64,000 bases of DNA from Flavobacteriales bacterium (GCA_046306055.1 JBKDXR010000085.1:3774-67773); one strand, 5' to 3'. Counted from the first letter of the stretch, positions 18,443 to 27,384 are shown. Notes: a model not told the origin generated them from the letters alone. Numbers and translations are program-made.

Positions 18443-19402
18443 ATGGACACCCAGCTCCTCATTGCCAACCTCACCAACCCCACGCTGCTCTTCTTCGCGC
18501 TGGGCATCGTGGCCTTCCTGGTCAAGAGCGATCTGGAGATCCCCCCCAGCACCATCAAGTTCATCAGCCTCTACCTGCTCTTCGCCATCGGCTTCAAGGG
18601 CGGGCAGGAGCTGGCGCACGAGCACCTCAACGCCCAGTTCACCGCCGAGCTGCTCTTCGGCATGGGCATCGCCAGCGCCATACCGCTCTACACCTTCTTC
18701 CTGCTGCGCAAGCGCCTGGGCGTGCAGAACGCCGGCGCCATTGCCGCCGCCTACGGCTCGGTGAGCGCCGTCACCTTCGTGGCCGCCAGCGGCTTCCTGG
18801 AGGCCAAGGAGCTGCCCTTCAGCGGCCACATGGTGGCCATCATGGCCCTCATGGAAAGCCCTGCCATCATCGTGGGCATGGTGCTGCTGATGCGCTACGA
18901 CAAGGAGGGCACCACGCGCCCTTCATTGGGCCACATGCTGCGCCACAGCCTCACCAACGGCAGCGTGCTCATGCTCATCGGCAGCCTCCTCATCGGCCTG
19001 GTGGCCGATACCAAGCAGGCCGAGGGCATCAAGCCCTTCACCACCGACATCTTCAAGGGCTTCCTCGCCGTGTTCCTGCTGGAAATGGGCATGGTCACCG
19101 CCGCGCGCTTCGGCGCCTTCCGCAAGTACGGCGGCTTCGTATCGCTGGTGGCCCTGCTGCTGCCGCTGGCCAACGGCTGCGCCGTGGCCTGGCTCAGCGG
19201 CCACATCACCCCCGGCGTGGGCGACCGTTTCATGTTCGCCATCCTCGCCGCCAGCGCCAGCTACATTGCCGTGCCCGCCGCCATGCGCCTCGCCGCCCCC
19301 AAGGCCGATCCCGGCCTCTACATCCCCATGGCCCTCGGCGTCACCTTCCCCATGAACATCACCCTGGGCATGCCGCTGTACTACGCGATCGTGGTGGGGT
19401 AG
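18443..19402 (+). CDS. sbtA: Sodium-dependent bicarbonate transport family permease (SbtA/DUF897)
   Basis: KSDLEIP, YLLFAIGFKGG, AAAYGSVSAVTF, MESPAII, FLLEMG, ASASYIAVPAAMR, LGVTFPMNITLGMPLY. Confidence 0.92.
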   Translation: MDTQLLIANLTNPTLLFFALGIVAFLVKSDLEIPPSTIKFISLYLLFAIGFKGGQELAHEHLNAQFTAELLFGMGIASAIPLYTFFLLRKRLGVQNAGAIAAAYGSVSAVTFVAASGFLEAKELPFSGHMVAIMALMESPAIIVGMVLLMRYDKEGTTRPSLGHMLRHSLTNGSVLMLIGSLLIGLVADTKQAEGIKPFTTDIFKGFLAVFLLEMGMVTAARFGAFRKYGGFVSLVALLLPLANGCAVAWLSGHITPGVGDRFMFAILAASASYIAVPAAMRLAAPKADPGLYIPMALGVTFPMNITLGMPLYYAIVVG

Positions 19403-19408
19403 GGGGTG

Positions 19409-19759
19409 CTACGGTTCTGCGTACACCTGCACCACATCACCGGCCCACGTCACCACATCGCCATACCAGCTGCGGTCGAACGTTGTGTTGGTGATCACGC
19501 ATCGCTCTGTGAAAGGTTCGAGCACCTCAAGCGCTTCCACCTTTCCGCGTTGAACAGCGATGAGATGAAGGCATGCATCTATCGCTGCACTTTGGGGGCT
19601 TCCGCTATGGTCGATCACCACGACCACGGTTCTCCACTTGGCACCCAGTAGCTGCCATTGATCACGGGGTGGGCGCCATTTGCACCGCACGGTGTAGCGG
19701 GTTTCAATGGGAATAGCAAAGCCCAGCTTGACCAGCTCTGCATGATAGCGCGAATTCAT
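19409..19759 (-). CDS. Hypothetical protein
   Basis: 116-aa ORF translationally coupled (ATGA overlap) to 19756..19998; no recognised motif. Confidence 0.45.
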   Translation of the reverse strand: MNSRYHAELVKLGFAIPIETRYTVRCKWRPPRDQWQLLGAKWRTVVVVIDHSGSPQSAAIDACLHLIAVQRGKVEALEVLEPFTERCVITNTTFDRSWYGDVVTWAGDVVQVYAEP

Positions 19760-19998
19760 AGCTGGTCCTGCATTACTTTCTGCTCAAGCACCAGCGCAAT
19801 GATGCGCTCATAATGGTCAGCCAACTTCCGGGCCTCAAAGGCATCGGAGCATTCCTCCATCACGAAGTCCGGCACAGGGAATTGTCCGGTTTCGAGGTAT
19901 TCGGCGGTGTGGCGCCATGCATTGGCGCGGACTTCGAGACCATCCAGCAACTGGCCGAGGTCGAAGGCGTTCAGGCGGATGACGTAGTCTTTCTCCAT
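19756..19998 (-). CDS. Small acidic hypothetical protein
   Basis: 80 aa, helical (DLGQLLDGLEVRANAWRHTAEYL), divergent from the XRE gene. Confidence 0.65.
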   Translation of the reverse strand: MEKDYVIRLNAFDLGQLLDGLEVRANAWRHTAEYLETGQFPVPDFVMEECSDAFEARKLADHYERIIALVLEQKVMQDQL

Positions 19999-20054
19999 TC
20001 AGACATGGATCTTCGATAGGCGCTGCTGTCTATTGGGAATGCAATGTAGCGTCC

Positions 20055-20075
20055 GGTGTTCTAAACTAGAACACC
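20055..20075. promoter_or_regulatory. Perfect inverted repeat GGTGTTCTA-AAC-TAGAACACC, candidate XRE operator
   Basis: 9-bp arms between divergent genes, 36 bp upstream of the XRE ATG. Confidence 0.7.
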
Positions 20076-20111
20076 CTCCTTCGTTGGCCCTGATAGCTTG
20101 CTCCCTTGATC

Positions 20112-20351
20112 ATGGAGCATTCAGAACGAGTCAATATTGTCGGTGCACGAGTCAAAGAAGCACGCACGAGGGGCAAGGAACCTTTGACGCAAGACCAGCT
20201 TTCGGGTAAGCTAGCCCTGCTCGGAGTGACTATCGATCGAGCTGGAATATCCAAGATTGAGACATGGCAGCGCAGTGTATTGGACTATGAGGTTAAAGCA
20301 CTTGCCAAGGCCCTCGGCGTGACCGTAGAATGGTTGTTAGGAGGTAAGTGA
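20112..20351 (+). CDS. XRE-family HTH regulator (controller-protein-like)
   Basis: NIVGARVKEAR...LTQDQLS...ISKIE...ALAKALGVTVEWLL; GTGA overlap with the downstream gene. Confidence 0.9.
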   Translation: MEHSERVNIVGARVKEARTRGKEPLTQDQLSGKLALLGVTIDRAGISKIETWQRSVLDYEVKALAKALGVTVEWLLGGK

Positions 20352-22354
20352 TCGGTATGCTCGCCTACTATCGTTCCTCATTCGCTGAGTTTCTAGGTGA
20401 AGACCCGAAAAGGATCTTGGGTATCATTCATGAACGCAGCTCTGAGAGTGGTTTCACCGATTTAAAGGAGCGGCAGTCAAAGGCATGGCGGATTCAGATC
20501 GAGATACTGCAACGCGTCATTGCAGATCTGGTCAGAGAATACCCCGAAGCACCGAGTTGGGGAGTTCTGTTCGAGTATCCAATTCCACGCAGACAGAAGC
20601 GCATTGATGTTGTACTTCTCATACGGGGCACAGTATTCTGCCTTGAGTTCAAGACCGGTGAGACCAAGTACCAGAAGAGTACTTCGCGGCAGGTTGAAGA
20701 CTATGCACTTGACCTGAGGGATTTTCACGAGCAAAGCCAGGGTCGATTAATTGTGCCCGTTGCAATTACAACGCGCGCTCAACCCGTTGAAGAAGAACTC
20801 GGTCTCGCAAGCTTGGATGAAGTAAAGCACGTGGTTCGGGCCTGTGAAACAGACCTGTTATCGCGGCTTAGAACCTGTGTCGAGCAATACTCAAGTAAGG
20901 GGGAGCATATCGATCCAAGCATATGGGAATCTTCCGTGTACCGTCCTGTGCCTACGATTATTGAGGCAGCGGAAGCACTGTATGCAGGACATGATGTTCG
21001 CGAGATTGCTAGGTCGCATGCAGAGGCTAAGAATCTACGAGAAACGTCTGATAGGATCGTTCATTTGATCAAGGAGGCACAACGGACAAACACTAAATTG
21101 ATTTGTGTTGTCACTGGTGTGCCGGGAGCTGGAAAGACGCTTGCTGGCCTTAACGTCGCTCATAACCCTGAGGTGAGGGCGCTAACCGAGGGTGTTGGTG
21201 TTTTTCTGTCGGGTAATGGACCCCTGGTGAAAATCGTTTCTGCAGCGATCGCAAAAGACTTCAAGAAGAAGCAGCGGAGCGATGAAGCAGAGCGCACGGT
21301 AAGCACGTTCATTCAGAACGTCCATGCATTCATCAAGGACTCAATTCCGAGAAAGGACGTGCCTAATGAACATCTGGTCATCTTCGATGAGGCTCAACGA
21401 GCATGGGATGCAGAGCAATGTGCCAAGAAGATCGATCGGCAAGAATCTGAGCCAGAACTGATTCTGTCCATTATGGATCGACATACCGATTGGGCTGTGA
21501 TCGTTGCTTTGGTTGGTGGTGGGCAAGAGATCAACACGGGTGAAGCGGGCTTGGCTGAATGGGGTCGTGCACTACAGAACCGCTTTCCGCATTGGACTGT
21601 GGCAGTTTCGCCTACTGCACTGAATGCTGGACAGACTGATCGTATGCAGCAGCTATTCGCTGAAGACGGATCTGCAAGACCTTTGGTCTACACTGAGCCA
21701 TCTCTGCATTTGAACGTCAGCCAACGCTCTTATAAAGCGGAAGCTGTTTCAAGATGGGTAGATGCAGTTGTAGAAGGGGATTCTGAGCGTGCCAAAGAGA
21801 TAGTTTCGGAGTGTAAAGGGTTCCCTTTGGCACTGACGAGGGAACTTGCCACTGCCCGGCGATGGTTAAGAGTTCAGACTCGGGGTGAACGGCGCTGCGG
21901 TCTATTGGCAAGTTCGGGTGCCCTTAGGCTACGTGCAGAGGGAATAGAACTCACATCCGGGTTTCGGCAAGGGAATAAGAAGCTCTACATAGATTGGTTC
22001 TTGAATGACCTAGATGACATTCGTGCATCTAATCAATTGGAGGTTGCTGCAACCGAATACGAATGCCAAGGATTAGAGGTCGATCTGAGTTGCGTTTGTT
22101 GGGGTGGCGATCTCCTTCGCGATGATTTCGGCAATTGGCAAATGCGCAAGCTCATAGGTTCAAAGTGGACCATGATGAAGCAGGAGCGCGACCAGCGCTA
22201 CCTGCTAAACTCTTATAGGGTGCTGATGACCCGTGCCAGAGAGGGGATGATCATTTGGGTTCCCAGGGGTTCTGATTCAGACCCAACTCAAGAACCAGCT
22301 GGATTCGAAAGAACAGCTCAGTTCCTGATCGAATCAGGCCTTCGGGAGTTATAG
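20348..22354 (+). CDS. DUF2075 (Schlafen group 3-like helicase) protein with N-terminal PD-(D/E)XK-like nuclease motif
   Basis: EYPIPRRQKRIDVVL...LEFK; Walker A GVPGAGKT; LSGNGPLV; IFDEAQRAW; CQGLE; NSYRVLMTRAREG. Codon usage atypical (lower GC). Confidence 0.88.
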   Translation: MIGMLAYYRSSFAEFLGEDPKRILGIIHERSSESGFTDLKERQSKAWRIQIEILQRVIADLVREYPEAPSWGVLFEYPIPRRQKRIDVVLLIRGTVFCLEFKTGETKYQKSTSRQVEDYALDLRDFHEQSQGRLIVPVAITTRAQPVEEELGLASLDEVKHVVRACETDLLSRLRTCVEQYSSKGEHIDPSIWESSVYRPVPTIIEAAEALYAGHDVREIARSHAEAKNLRETSDRIVHLIKEAQRTNTKLICVVTGVPGAGKTLAGLNVAHNPEVRALTEGVGVFLSGNGPLVKIVSAAIAKDFKKKQRSDEAERTVSTFIQNVHAFIKDSIPRKDVPNEHLVIFDEAQRAWDAEQCAKKIDRQESEPELILSIMDRHTDWAVIVALVGGGQEINTGEAGLAEWGRALQNRFPHWTVAVSPTALNAGQTDRMQQLFAEDGSARPLVYTEPSLHLNVSQRSYKAEAVSRWVDAVVEGDSERAKEIVSECKGFPLALTRELATARRWLRVQTRGERRCGLLASSGALRLRAEGIELTSGFRQGNKKLYIDWFLNDLDDIRASNQLEVAATEYECQGLEVDLSCVCWGGDLLRDDFGNWQMRKLIGSKWTMMKQERDQRYLLNSYRVLMTRAREGMIIWVPRGSDSDPTQEPAGFERTAQFLIESGLREL

Positions 22355-22362
22355 TTCCGGCC

Positions 22363-23421
22363 CTACCTCTCCACCTCCCCAAATCCACTGTTCGCTGCGA
22401 TTCCATGCAGAGGCACAATGGTATCCCGGAGTTTGTCAGTAAAGAGGTTGCGGTCGGTCACCTGGTGCAAGGGTTCAGGCACGATGGTGAAGTAGTCCTC
22501 AAGCAATTTGGTGCGCAAGTCATTCTCACGCACCACGGTGGCCAGTTTCCAATGCGCTTCGATAAAGGGACGTAGGTGGCGATCAAGGCTGGGCAAGCGA
22601 TCACTCTTGGTGAGGTTGTAGCCAGGGTCGGCTGGTACCAAGTTCCAGAGCTGATCGTGCGCTACGAAAGCATAAGGGATGAAGTGCTCCATATGGTAGT
22701 CCGCCCCGGCGAGTTGACTGCCTGTGTAAATACATGGCAGATCACCAGTGTGGTCTATAACGGCATTCCATAGGTTGCGTTGGGCGTTGAGCGCATTACG
22801 CGTGGGCGGGCGCACCAGCTTGTCCACCACCTGCGGTACGTTGGGGTTGCGTGCCTGTATGAATTGCGCGAGGTTCCACATGGTGAAATCGCGTAATACT
22901 GGACTATGGATGGTGAAGTACTCGGCCCATTCAACAGGTACCTCGATCCGGTCGGCGAACAAGGCATACGGTGCTCCGTATTTCGCATCCTGTGACCGGC
23001 TCATGACCAGCTTGTCATTATCGCCGGGAACGTTAACCCATGGAACCAAGAAGCGGTAAGGCACATAACGGCCCAAACTGTTGATGGCCCTGATGCTTTT
23101 CAAAACTTCGGAATGCAACAGAGCGAACTCAAGGTCGTTTGCCTTGATCTGTGCTGGAAGACCCTCAAGCATGGCTAATTGGTGTACCACCTCGTGCAAC
23201 TTGTCAGCCACACCAAATGATAGCCGGAAGTAATTGACCGGGTACCATGCATGTTTGATCATTCGGACATACAGGGAACGAAGGGGAATGGAAGTCCTCC
23301 CTTCATCCAATACGTCCAGCAAGGCAAGAAACCAGAAGTACTTGTAGGTGGTTGACTTATGATGGAATGCCCCGGCCAAACGATCTATTCGCAAGGAACT
23401 ATGCTCCGGGACCTGATTCAT
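22363..23421 (-). CDS. HNH endonuclease domain protein (putative restriction/defence nuclease)
   Basis: N-terminal STTYKYFWFLALL; C-terminal CIYTG...HMEHFIPY...HDQLWNLV.....NLTKSD. Confidence 0.87.
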   Translation of the reverse strand: MNQVPEHSSLRIDRLAGAFHHKSTTYKYFWFLALLDVLDEGRTSIPLRSLYVRMIKHAWYPVNYFRLSFGVADKLHEVVHQLAMLEGLPAQIKANDLEFALLHSEVLKSIRAINSLGRYVPYRFLVPWVNVPGDNDKLVMSRSQDAKYGAPYALFADRIEVPVEWAEYFTIHSPVLRDFTMWNLAQFIQARNPNVPQVVDKLVRPPTRNALNAQRNLWNAVIDHTGDLPCIYTGSQLAGADYHMEHFIPYAFVAHDQLWNLVPADPGYNLTKSDRLPSLDRHLRPFIEAHWKLATVVRENDLRTKLLEDYFTIVPEPLHQVTDRNLFTDKLRDTIVPLHGIAANSGFGEVER

Positions 23422-23615
23422 GCTGCAAACTAAGGAACGTCTCTGCTATCAAGTTATCGATTAGGTTAAGTAAAGGCCTACCACCTAACGACCTCTGGCC
23501 TCCGGCCACCTGAATGCACCCCGGCCAAGAGGCCAAGGAGCCCCAAGGCCGTAGAACGCCAGCAAGGCTGCCTACCGGTACACCGATACCTTGTATATAT
23601 GGTCCGTACTCTCAT

Positions 23616-23783
23616 CGGACGTGGACCCCGGTCCCTCGAACTTGGACCCGAACGAGCCGAACTTGGACCCAAGTCCCGCGAACTTGGACCCAGATGAGCC
23701 GAACTTGGACCCAAGTCTCTCGAACTTGGACCCAGATGAGCCAGACTTGGACCCAAACTCGGCGGACTTGGACCCAAAATGAA
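23616..23783. repeat. Tandem array, 8 x 21 bp, core CGAACTTGGACCCA plus 7 variable nt, with alternating 42-bp higher-order period
   Basis: Variable parts: ggtccct, aacgagc, agtcccg, gatgagc, agtctct, gatgagc, aactcgg, aaatgaa. Confidence 0.95.
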
Positions 23784-24019
23784 CGAGGAACGGTAACCGA
23801 ACGCTGCTGCCGGGCCGTGATGAACCGCCCAGAAACTCTTCTTAGTGGTGTGCGCAGTAGCCTGAACGCGCTGCAACGCCGGTGGGGCGGGTGCCTGAAA
23901 AAGCGGGGCGGTGGTTGTGCCAAAGGCATCGGGAATTCTCCCAAGGGGTGGGTCGTCACCTTGGGGGCGGCCCCAACGAACTAGGGGTAGGTTAATTTCT
24001 CGGCAAGGGTTACATGCCG

Positions 24020-24057
24020 AACAACCGCCCCGGCCCTGTGCCGGGGTTGTTGTTTTT
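24020..24057 (+). terminator. Intrinsic terminator-like hairpin with T-tract
   Basis: AACAACCGCCCCGGC-cctgt-GCCGGGGTTGTTGTTTTT; related to the hairpin at 27353-27384. Confidence 0.65.
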
Positions 24058-24183
24058 GGGGGTGGCGGGCGCCGCGCATGGCACGGACCCGCGGCACGGC
24101 CAAAGCACCGGTTCCTACCTTGTGGCAGTTGCACAACACAACCGGCACGCAAGTGGGCCGTCTACTGTGCAACCGGACAACCC

Positions 24184-26367
24184 ATGCGCCTCCTGCTCCC
24201 CCTGCTGCTGCTTGGCACCTTGCACGCCAACGCCCAATTGGACTGCACGTTCGATGTGATACCGGCCGTCTGCTCGTTATCGAATGGTGCGGTGCTGGCC
24301 GTGGTCACGGGTGGCGATGCACCGTACACCTACCTGTGGACGCCCGAGCCACCGGTCGGGCAGGGAGGGGCCTACTTGGAAGGGGTGTTCGCGGGCAGCT
24401 ATGATCTAACGGTGATCGATGCCCTGGGGCTGGAGGCCACCTTCAACGTGGTGGTGCCTGCCGACCTGGTGATGCTGCCCGTGGGCGATGGTACGTATGC
24501 GGGCGCGGATGCCATCACCGGGTTCGGCGTGCCCTGCGAAGGACAATGCAACGGGGCCATGGCCATGCCGGCCGAGATGTACCCCGGCACACCGCCCTAC
24601 AGCTTCAGCTGGAACGACCCCAGCATCAGCTTGCTGGCCACCACCCCGCAGGGCGACCCGGTGTTCTTCGGGTTCTGTGCCGGGCAGAACTACAGCTACG
24701 ACGTGTACGACCCGTTCGGATGCACAGGCACCGCCTTCACCTTCACACCGCCGGTGTTCGACGCCGACAACCACTGGCAGGTGGCCACGGTGACACCGGC
24801 CACCTGCGGCAATGGCGATGGGAGCGTGGTGCTGTCGCAGCAGGAGCTATGGCCAGCGGACGTGGTGGTGACCAGTTCCACCGGTGCCGTGGTGGCCACG
24901 GAGAACACCGGCCTGGCCAACTTCACGCTGCAGGGGCTGGCGGCCGGGGCGTATTCGGCCGCGTTCGATTACCACAGCACGGCGTGTACCTCCGCGCTCA
25001 CCTTCACGGTAACGGAGGTGGGGCCGGGCTGCGGCACCGTGGAAGGCACCCTTTTCGTGGATGGCGACGCCGATTGTGTGCACGATGCCGGCGAGCCGGG
25101 CATTCCGTACCGCACCCTGCAGGTGGACCCCGGAGCGCAGCTGCTGATCACCAACAGCGATGGCACCTTTGCCGGTGGCCTGGCCGATGGCGCGTACACC
25201 CTTACGGTGCTGGACCCCACGCTAACGCCGGTCTGTCCGCAAGCGCAACCCATCCCCTTCAACGTGAGCGGCAGCGTGACCACATTGAGCATTGGCGCCA
25301 GCAGCACCACCCCCATGGACCTGTCGGGATCGGCCGTGAACAACGCGGCGCGTCCGGGCTTTACGCACCTTGTGTGGGCACAGGTGACGAACACGGGCGC
25401 GGCGCCAAGTGCCACCGTGCAATTGACCTGCGAACTGGACCCCGCATTGAGCTACGTGAGCGCCACGCCCGCACCCACCACGGTGAGCGGCAGCACGCTG
25501 ACCTGGGACCTGCCCGCCGTGGCTGCCTTTGCGACCGTGAACGTGCAGCTGATCACACAAGTGAGCGTGCAGGCCACATTGGGGCAGGTGGTGAGCGCCA
25601 TCTTCACCGTGCAGAACAATGGCGCCGAAGCGAACACGGCGAACAACGGGTTCGTGGCCACGCGCCCCGTGACCGGCAGCTACGACCCCAACGACAAGAC
25701 CGCCTTTACCAGCAGCGGCCAGAGCGCCACGGAATACCTGATCACGCAGGACGAGTGGATCGACTATGTGATCCGGTTCCAGAACACGGGCACCGACACG
25801 GCCTTCACGGTGGTGATCACCGACACGCTGGAGACCGACCTGGACATGGCGACCTACGTGCAGGGCGCGGCGAGCCATCCGTTCACCGTGAGCTTCAAGC
25901 CGGACCGCGTGGTGGAGTGGCGCTTCGCGAACATCCTGCTGCCGGACAGCAACACGAACGAGGCCCTGAGCCACGGCGCCGTGGCCTTTCGCATACGGCC
26001 CGTGGGCCCCGTGCTGCCCGGCACGGTGCTGAGCAACGCGGCGGACATCTACTTCGACTTCAACCTTCCGATACGCACCAACACCAGCGAGCTGTTGGCG
26101 AGCATCCCCACCGGCATCGCGGAAGCAAGGGAAGCGGGCATCGCGCTCTTCCCGAACCCGGCGCACGAGCGGTTCACGGTGACGACCACGGGAGCGGCGC
26201 TGCACCACATTCATGTGCTGGCGGTGGATGGCCGCATGGTGCAGCACCATGTGGTGAGCGGCCACCGTGCCGATGTGGATGTGCAAGGGCTGGCCGCGGG
26301 TACCTACCTGGTGCAGGTGACCGATAGGGCCGGCAGGGTGGTGGTGCAACATGTGGCGGTGCAGTAG
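24184..26367 (+). CDS. T9SS cargo with SprB-like repeats, DUF11/DUF7619-like domains and type A CTD
   Basis: Signal peptide; TGGDAPYTYLW; GSYDPNDK, YVIRFQNTGTDTA, LPDSNTNEALSHG, NAADIYFDFNLPIRTN; LFPNPA...AGTYLVQV. Confidence 0.9.
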   Translation: MRLLLPLLLLGTLHANAQLDCTFDVIPAVCSLSNGAVLAVVTGGDAPYTYLWTPEPPVGQGGAYLEGVFAGSYDLTVIDALGLEATFNVVVPADLVMLPVGDGTYAGADAITGFGVPCEGQCNGAMAMPAEMYPGTPPYSFSWNDPSISLLATTPQGDPVFFGFCAGQNYSYDVYDPFGCTGTAFTFTPPVFDADNHWQVATVTPATCGNGDGSVVLSQQELWPADVVVTSSTGAVVATENTGLANFTLQGLAAGAYSAAFDYHSTACTSALTFTVTEVGPGCGTVEGTLFVDGDADCVHDAGEPGIPYRTLQVDPGAQLLITNSDGTFAGGLADGAYTLTVLDPTLTPVCPQAQPIPFNVSGSVTTLSIGASSTTPMDLSGSAVNNAARPGFTHLVWAQVTNTGAAPSATVQLTCELDPALSYVSATPAPTTVSGSTLTWDLPAVAAFATVNVQLITQVSVQATLGQVVSAIFTVQNNGAEANTANNGFVATRPVTGSYDPNDKTAFTSSGQSATEYLITQDEWIDYVIRFQNTGTDTAFTVVITDTLETDLDMATYVQGAASHPFTVSFKPDRVVEWRFANILLPDSNTNEALSHGAVAFRIRPVGPVLPGTVLSNAADIYFDFNLPIRTNTSELLASIPTGIAEAREAGIALFPNPAHERFTVTTTGAALHHIHVLAVDGRMVQHHVVSGHRADVDVQGLAAGTYLVQVTDRAGRVVVQHVAVQ

Positions 26368-26591
26368 TCAAGGGTGCGCGGTGTGGTAAAGGGAACCGTG
26401 AATGGACGTTGATGTACGTGAATGAATGCAGGCTTGGATGGTCTTTCCAATTCCCGTTCATACCTGTCCATTCCCGGTAGATGTATTTACCCCTATCGCC
26501 GGGTCCCCTCCTTCGTCGGGAGACCCGGCGAAGGTTTAGATGGTGGAGTACTGCCCGGTCCCGTGCTGTGTAGTGGATACATTTGTACAGC

Positions 26592-26897
26592 ATGCCCAAG
26601 CTTTACGAGTACTTCGGCCTGATCTTCCTTTTCTACAGCGATGACCATGATCCCATGCACTTGCATGTGCAGCACGGTGATCGCGAAGGGATCATCATGC
26701 TCATTATCGTTGAGGGTAACTTGGTGGAACTGCGATGGAGGAACAAGCGGGGGGCGGAGATGTTGAACGAGAAGGAGCGCCGCGACGCCGAACAATTCGT
26801 TCGTGCGATGAAGGACGACATCGTGGATAAATGGACCGCATTCTACATTGAACACAAGCGCATTACCCCGGTGCGCGTTACACGCCGTGTAAAATGA
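26592..26897 (+). CDS. DUF4160 family protein (putative toxin)
   Basis: MPKLYEYFGLIFLFYSDDHDPMHLHVQHG; canonical TACATTTG box at 26578-26585. Confidence 0.85.
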   Translation: MPKLYEYFGLIFLFYSDDHDPMHLHVQHGDREGIIMLIIVEGNLVELRWRNKRGAEMLNEKERRDAEQFVRAMKDDIVDKWTAFYIEHKRITPVRVTRRVK

Positions 26898-27214
26898 AGA
26901 TCGCAGACGATGTAAGGATCAAAAAGGCCACCTACAAGGGTGACTACATCATTCGCTTTCAGTTCACGGATGGTCATGTGTCGGAGATCGACTTCCGTCC
27001 ATTCCTCAGTGGTGCCGGACAGAACCCGATGAACGGTCAGTACTTGGATGTTACCCGGTTCCGGGAGTTCAAACTGCACCGCAACGTGGATGTGTATTGG
27101 GATGACTGGGAGATGTGCTTCCGTTTCGATACACTGTATTCGGGCAAGCTACCCAAGATGCCTAAACAGGTCAGGTCCGTTCGGATGGAACGGACCGCGA
27201 TCAGGACACGCTGA
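26894..27214 (+). CDS. DUF2442 family protein (putative antitoxin)
   Basis: ATYKGDYIIRFQFTDG...DF...W...DTLY; ATGA overlap with the DUF4160 gene. Confidence 0.85.
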   Translation: MKIADDVRIKKATYKGDYIIRFQFTDGHVSEIDFRPFLSGAGQNPMNGQYLDVTRFREFKLHRNVDVYWDDWEMCFRFDTLYSGKLPKMPKQVRSVRMERTAIRTR

Positions 27215-27352
27215 TCATAGGGGCCTTCCTTCAGGAGGTCTTCTTTGCCCTGCCTGCGCTCCTACGCCACCTGCGGCCATATCGGTCACGGCCGCGCCTG
27301 ATGCGCGCTGCGCGTGCGCAACTGCGGAGCGCACGAGGAACTTCATACGACG

Positions 27353-27384
27353 AACAACGGCCCGGGCCTGGTGCCGGGGTTGTT
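27353..27384. terminator. Hairpin between convergent genes
   Basis: AACAACGGCCCGGGC-ctggt-GCCGGGGTTGTT, followed by a second hairpin GATCACCCG...CGGGTGATC. Confidence 0.5.

Larger units (their letters stand above)
19406..23470. mobile_element. Lower-GC islet of probable horizontal origin (no integrase or transposase seen; boundaries approximate)
   Basis: Abrupt shift to many A/T-ending codons right after the sbtA stop; defence-type gene content. Confidence 0.55.

Noticed and set aside
11815-18829. Long antisense ORFs (e.g. 11815..14409, 16286..18829; likewise 58275..59927 and 33495..35084)
   Set aside because: Shadow frames of high-GC3 genes on the opposite strand; no motifs.
19400-23480. 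Integrative element with att sites or target duplication
   Set aside because: No integrase, transposase, tRNA or flanking direct repeat could be found by eye.
23616-23783. CRISPR or TIGR array
   Set aside because: Variable parts are only 7 nt and related to each other (one is repeated exactly). No cas gene or recognisable Nop-domain protein is in the window.
23478-24152. ORFs across the 21-bp array (23514..23984 +, 23591..23782 +, 23478..24152 -) as real genes
   Set aside because: Open frames are expected from a stop-free repeat with a period divisible by 3. The flanking translations look non-protein-like, so they were not called as CDS.
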